A DNA stretch of 52,034 nt. Source: an uncultured Bacteroidales bacterium. GTDB lineage: Bacteria; Bacteroidota; Bacteroidia; Bacteroidales; UBA7960. The stretch lies in NCBI GenBank assembly GCA_964389125.1, contig CAYMDX010000001.1, forward strand, positions 1 through 52,034, in the 5' to 3' direction. Below are positions 49,257 to 52,034 of this stretch, piece after piece. The first letter of the stretch is position 1. The number at the start of each line of letters is the position of its first letter. Made by a program: the position numbers and the translations under genes. Below the pieces are notes generated by a model, which was not told where the DNA came from, searched no databases, and saw nothing but the letters and a program-made list of their open reading frames with translations.

Positions 49257-49637
49257 TCATGGTGTCGGTGTGTCATATAGTTTATATTGCTGATAATACT
49301 TTTCAATATCTTTTGTGTCAAGCCTGAGGATATCCATTGTATGAAAAATCCTCGGCAATTCTTCCATGACAAAGATTTCCTTTTTAAATGTCATTGTTTT
49401 CTGAAGTCCCCCTTCGGCTACAAAATAGCCTATACCCCTTTGGTTATAGATAATCCCTTTGTTCTGCAGGAAATTATAGGTTCGTATGACGGTATTGGGG
49501 TTAACCTCCAGCTTTACGGCGGTATCGCGGATAGAAGGTAATTTTGATCCCTCCTTCCAGTCCTTCTTGAGGATACGTTCACAGATATAATCTGCTATCT
49601 GCAAATAAATGGGTTGACCGTTTTTAAAATCCATCAT
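49257..49637 (-). CDS. GntR family transcriptional regulator, short YtrA-like subfamily
   Basis: ATG at 49637 (MMDFKNGQPIYLQIADYI...) overlaps the upstream TAA by 1 nt. wHTH segment KLPSIRDTAVKLEVNPNTVIRTYNFLQNKGIIYNQRGIGYFV. Only a short C-terminal region, so no large effector domain. Confidence 0.85.
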   Translation of the reverse strand: MMDFKNGQPIYLQIADYICERILKKDWKEGSKLPSIRDTAVKLEVNPNTVIRTYNFLQNKGIIYNQRGIGYFVAEGGLQKTMTFKKEIFVMEELPRIFHTMDILRLDTKDIEKYYQQYKLYDTPTP

Positions 49638-50386
49638 TACACCTGCCTTTCTTTCAGACTGAACCATGTTACGACGAGGAAAAACGGGAGCATCAGATAG
49701 TTAAACAGTATGTGGGCAGTGGTGGGTATATAGTCCATAAAAACGGGTTCCAGTCCCGGCGACACATTCTGCATGTCGATACCCAACTCACCTGCCGACG
49801 AAAAGGGTGACAGCAATGCCCACCCAACAAGTCCGATTATACTGTTAAAAACAATAAACAATACGAACAGGCTCAGAATGGTTTTTAAAAAATGATTTTT
49901 CTTGAAATAGGCGGCCCCGAACAGAAATATCGATTGTGTCACGATGTATACACTTACGGTTGCCCGGCTACCCTGAGAAAACAGGCCGGGAAAAGGCGTA
50001 AGATTCAGGGTGATTTCTACGATCAGGTTGACGATCATAGCAGTCAGAAACATGACCACCGGGAAAAGGATGCCCGTGATGAGCCATGATATAAGAACCC
50101 GTTCTGTAACAGAGACCGGCAGCGTGAGATACTGGCTGCTTCTTTGAGGGTGATGCAATTCATTAAAAATGGTACTGGAAAAAATATATCCTCCGATAAA
50201 AAGCCCTGTAAAGAATAAGCCCCGTAAAGATGCGATATTGGCCGGCTCGAAATAACCTATAAGCAAGGCAAGTACAAGCAATGTACCCCCTACAGCGCCA
50301 AAAGCGGTCAACCAGGCCGTAGCATGGGACAAAACCTGCCGTCTGCCAAGCAAAAAGAAGCGTTTAAAAAGAAATATATGTCTCAT
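49637..50386 (-). CDS. Polytopic membrane protein (ABC-2-like permease candidate)
   Basis: 249 aa with about six hydrophobic helices. Sits between the ABC ATPase and the GntR gene. Confidence 0.7.
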   Translation of the reverse strand: MRHIFLFKRFFLLGRRQVLSHATAWLTAFGAVGGTLLVLALLIGYFEPANIASLRGLFFTGLFIGGYIFSSTIFNELHHPQRSSQYLTLPVSVTERVLISWLITGILFPVVMFLTAMIVNLIVEITLNLTPFPGLFSQGSRATVSVYIVTQSIFLFGAAYFKKNHFLKTILSLFVLFIVFNSIIGLVGWALLSPFSSAGELGIDMQNVSPGLEPVFMDYIPTTAHILFNYLMLPFFLVVTWFSLKERQV

Positions 50387-50451
50387 GATTTTTCTGTTTT
50401 TTCTTGTTATTCAAATAATAGTAACTCTTACCCAGTAATGATTTCCTTCTG

Positions 50452-51324
50452 CTATAGAGGGCTGTTTTCATGTTTCTCATTCGGTTCTGTTTGTTGAAAT
50501 GCTTTATTTACGCCATTTGCGTTAGCAACTACCCCGTTAAACAGCAGCTCCAGATCCATTTTTGTCTCTTTTGTTTCATTGTTTGGAATAATGGCGGCAT
50601 ATCCTCCCAGCGCTTCCTCATAATAAATGGGTTGCTTATTCTCTTTTATCTCTGGAAGGGTTTCGAACAGCAACGATGATGAAATCGCTTCCAGGGATTG
50701 CTGAAAGATGATACGTCCTTCATCAATAATGATAACCGGATCGATCAAGCTTTCAAGGTCACGCACCTGATGGGTTGAGATAACCACGCTTTGTTCCTCA
50801 TTGAGTGAGGCAGCGATCACCCGGCGAAACTGACTTTTTGAGGGTATGTCGAGACCATTGGTGGGTTCGTCCATCAATAAAACCCTTGCAGATGTCGACA
50901 AGCCGAATGCCAGCAAAAACTTCTTCTTTTGCCCGAATGACAGCTGGTTGATTTTTTGTTCAGGATCAAGCTGAAACTCTTTTAACAGCCAGTCCAGCTT
51001 TTCATGGTCGAATCGTTCATAAAAAGGAGCATTTAATGAGACGTAACGCGAAATACGAACCGGTGGCAAATGATATTCTTCCGGAATCAGGCAAATATCA
51101 GCCAGACATTCAGGTACGCGTTTTCTTGATTCAAAGCCGTTAACCTTACATTGTCCCTCCCACGGAAAAACCAGTCCGGCTATGAGCTTTAAAAGGGTTG
51201 TTTTACCTGCACCATTCATGCCCAAAAGGCCATAAATATTTCCGGGAAGCAGTTGCAGGTCAAGGTTGGTAAACAAGGGTCGCTTCCTTGTATAACCAAA
51301 ATGAAGATTGTCTATCTGAACCAT
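50452..51324 (-). CDS. ABC transporter ATP-binding protein
   Basis: 290 aa. Walker A GMNGAGKTTLLK, signature variant LSFGQKKK, Walker B LLMDEPTNGLD. Confidence 0.9.
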   Translation of the reverse strand: MVQIDNLHFGYTRKRPLFTNLDLQLLPGNIYGLLGMNGAGKTTLLKLIAGLVFPWEGQCKVNGFESRKRVPECLADICLIPEEYHLPPVRISRYVSLNAPFYERFDHEKLDWLLKEFQLDPEQKINQLSFGQKKKFLLAFGLSTSARVLLMDEPTNGLDIPSKSQFRRVIAASLNEEQSVVISTHQVRDLESLIDPVIIIDEGRIIFQQSLEAISSSLLFETLPEIKENKQPIYYEEALGGYAAIIPNNETKETKMDLELLFNGVVANANGVNKAFQQTEPNEKHENSPL

Positions 51325-51358
51325 TGTTAATGTTTTAGTGTTCTACATATCTAATACA

Positions 51359-51374
51359 GTACAAATGTACAAAT
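51359..51374 (-). promoter_or_regulatory. Tandem octamer / palindromic element overlapping a -7 box upstream of the ABC-GntR operon (candidate operator)
   Basis: Plus strand reads GTACAAATGTACAAAT (GTACAAAT x2) and contains the palindrome GTACAnnTGTAC. The minus strand reads TACATTTG (-7 box, 51362-51369), with a TTTG 21 nt further upstream (CAAA at 51391-51394). Confidence 0.45.
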
Positions 51375-51524
51375 CTTTTTTGGAATTAAACAAATTTTTT
51401 TATACATTTATTTAATAAAATTTTTATATCCTCTGCAAATGAGGTACTTTAATCTTATAATGTTCTGAATATGATTTATATTCAACATTACTGGTAAAAC
51501 CATTTATGAACCAAACATGACGTT

Positions 51525-51887
51525 ATGAACATTCTTACCAAACACATTTCCAGATTTCTGTTTGCCATTCCGATGCTGCTTTTTGGCGTTTTTCATTTTA
51601 TGAATGCCAGTGATATGGCAGGGATAATTCCACAGTGGCTTCCTTTTCCGATATTTTGGGTGATCCTTACCGGCATTGCACTCGTTGGAGCTGCCATCAG
51701 CATCATTATTCAGGTCTGGGACTATTGGGCCAGCTTTCTGTTAGGACTGATGTTGCTGGTTTTTGTATTAACCATTCATCTGCCGGCAGCTCTGGACGGA
51801 GCCGAACCGACCTCATTGCTGAAAGATCTGGCGCTGGTTGGTGGAGCATGGTTTTATACCGGATACATTGCCAAAAAAGCAGAATAA
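51525..51887 (+). CDS. DoxX-like small membrane protein
   Basis: 120 aa with four hydrophobic helices. The N-terminal FLFAIPMLLFGVFHF pattern resembles the DoxX family. Confidence 0.65.
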   Translation: MNILTKHISRFLFAIPMLLFGVFHFMNASDMAGIIPQWLPFPIFWVILTGIALVGAAISIIIQVWDYWASFLLGLMLLVFVLTIHLPAALDGAEPTSLLKDLALVGGAWFYTGYIAKKAE

Positions 51888-51977
51888 GTACAGGCGCTCA
51901 ATTTTTCCTGCAAATTCGGTTTAACCCGGAAAAGTCACCCGAATATATTCCGGGGTGGGATCCTTGTACCACGAAAA

Positions 51978-52034
51978 CCTGATGGCTCATCCGGGCCTGA
52001 AACAAATCCTGATGCCTCATCCGGGCCTGAAACA
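51978..52034. repeat. 30-bp head-to-tail tandem repeat, truncated by the window end
   Basis: CCTGATGGCTCATCCGGGCCTGAAACAAAT (51978-52007) is followed directly by CCTGATGCCTCATCCGGGCCTGAAACA (52008-52034), with one mismatch. Confidence 0.7.

Noticed and set aside
51978-52034. Possible CRISPR array at the window edge
   Set aside because: The 30-bp units are directly contiguous with no spacers, no cas genes are in the window, and the repeat has no terminal palindrome. I report it as a tandem repeat instead.
1-52034. Mobile elements, prophage, defence islands or toxin-antitoxin pairs
   Set aside because: I scanned all ORF translations for integrase, transposase, reverse transcriptase, restriction-modification, Cas, nuclease-NTPase or small paired-gene signatures and found none. 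Flanking genes are housekeeping throughout, and I noticed no terminal inverted or direct repeats bracketing any segment.

Overview
The window reads as a densely packed chromosomal segment of a Bacteroidota genome. Supporting marks are a T9SS C-terminal sorting domain, TAnnTTTG -7 promoter boxes, a GT3-type glycogen synthase, and bamD-rpoZ-coaBC-DUF4835-recN synteny. GC content looks moderate but was not computed. I support about 42 protein genes, most of them housekeeping: pncA, recF plus a DUF721 gene, fabG, gcvT, sucC, lipA, prmC, bamD, rpoZ, coaBC, recN, fabI, etfBA plus an acyl-CoA dehydrogenase, clpC and gyrA. I saw no rRNA or tRNA genes, CRISPR array, transposase, integrase, or recognisable defence or toxin-antitoxin genes. 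Four loci are the best candidates for something not yet described. (1) A three-gene outer-membrane locus on the minus strand (11712-18042): a T9SS-sorted protein with a duplicated OB-like module and no catalytic domain, then a non-SusC TonB-dependent receptor, then an acidic repeat lipoprotein, with a 15-bp-stem hairpin between the first two genes. (2) A tightly packed M20D amidohydrolase / alanine-racemase-family / threonine aldolase cluster downstream of a second TonB-dependent receptor and an exported protein (23281-30065). (3) An ABC ATPase / permease-like / YtrA-type GntR / DUF2807 / FkbM methyltransferase string with a candidate operator (47680-51374). (4) A 1429-aa glycogen synthase-phosphorylase fusion. 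All functional ideas come from motifs read by eye. No database, HMM or structure search was possible, and family names are recalled from memory.
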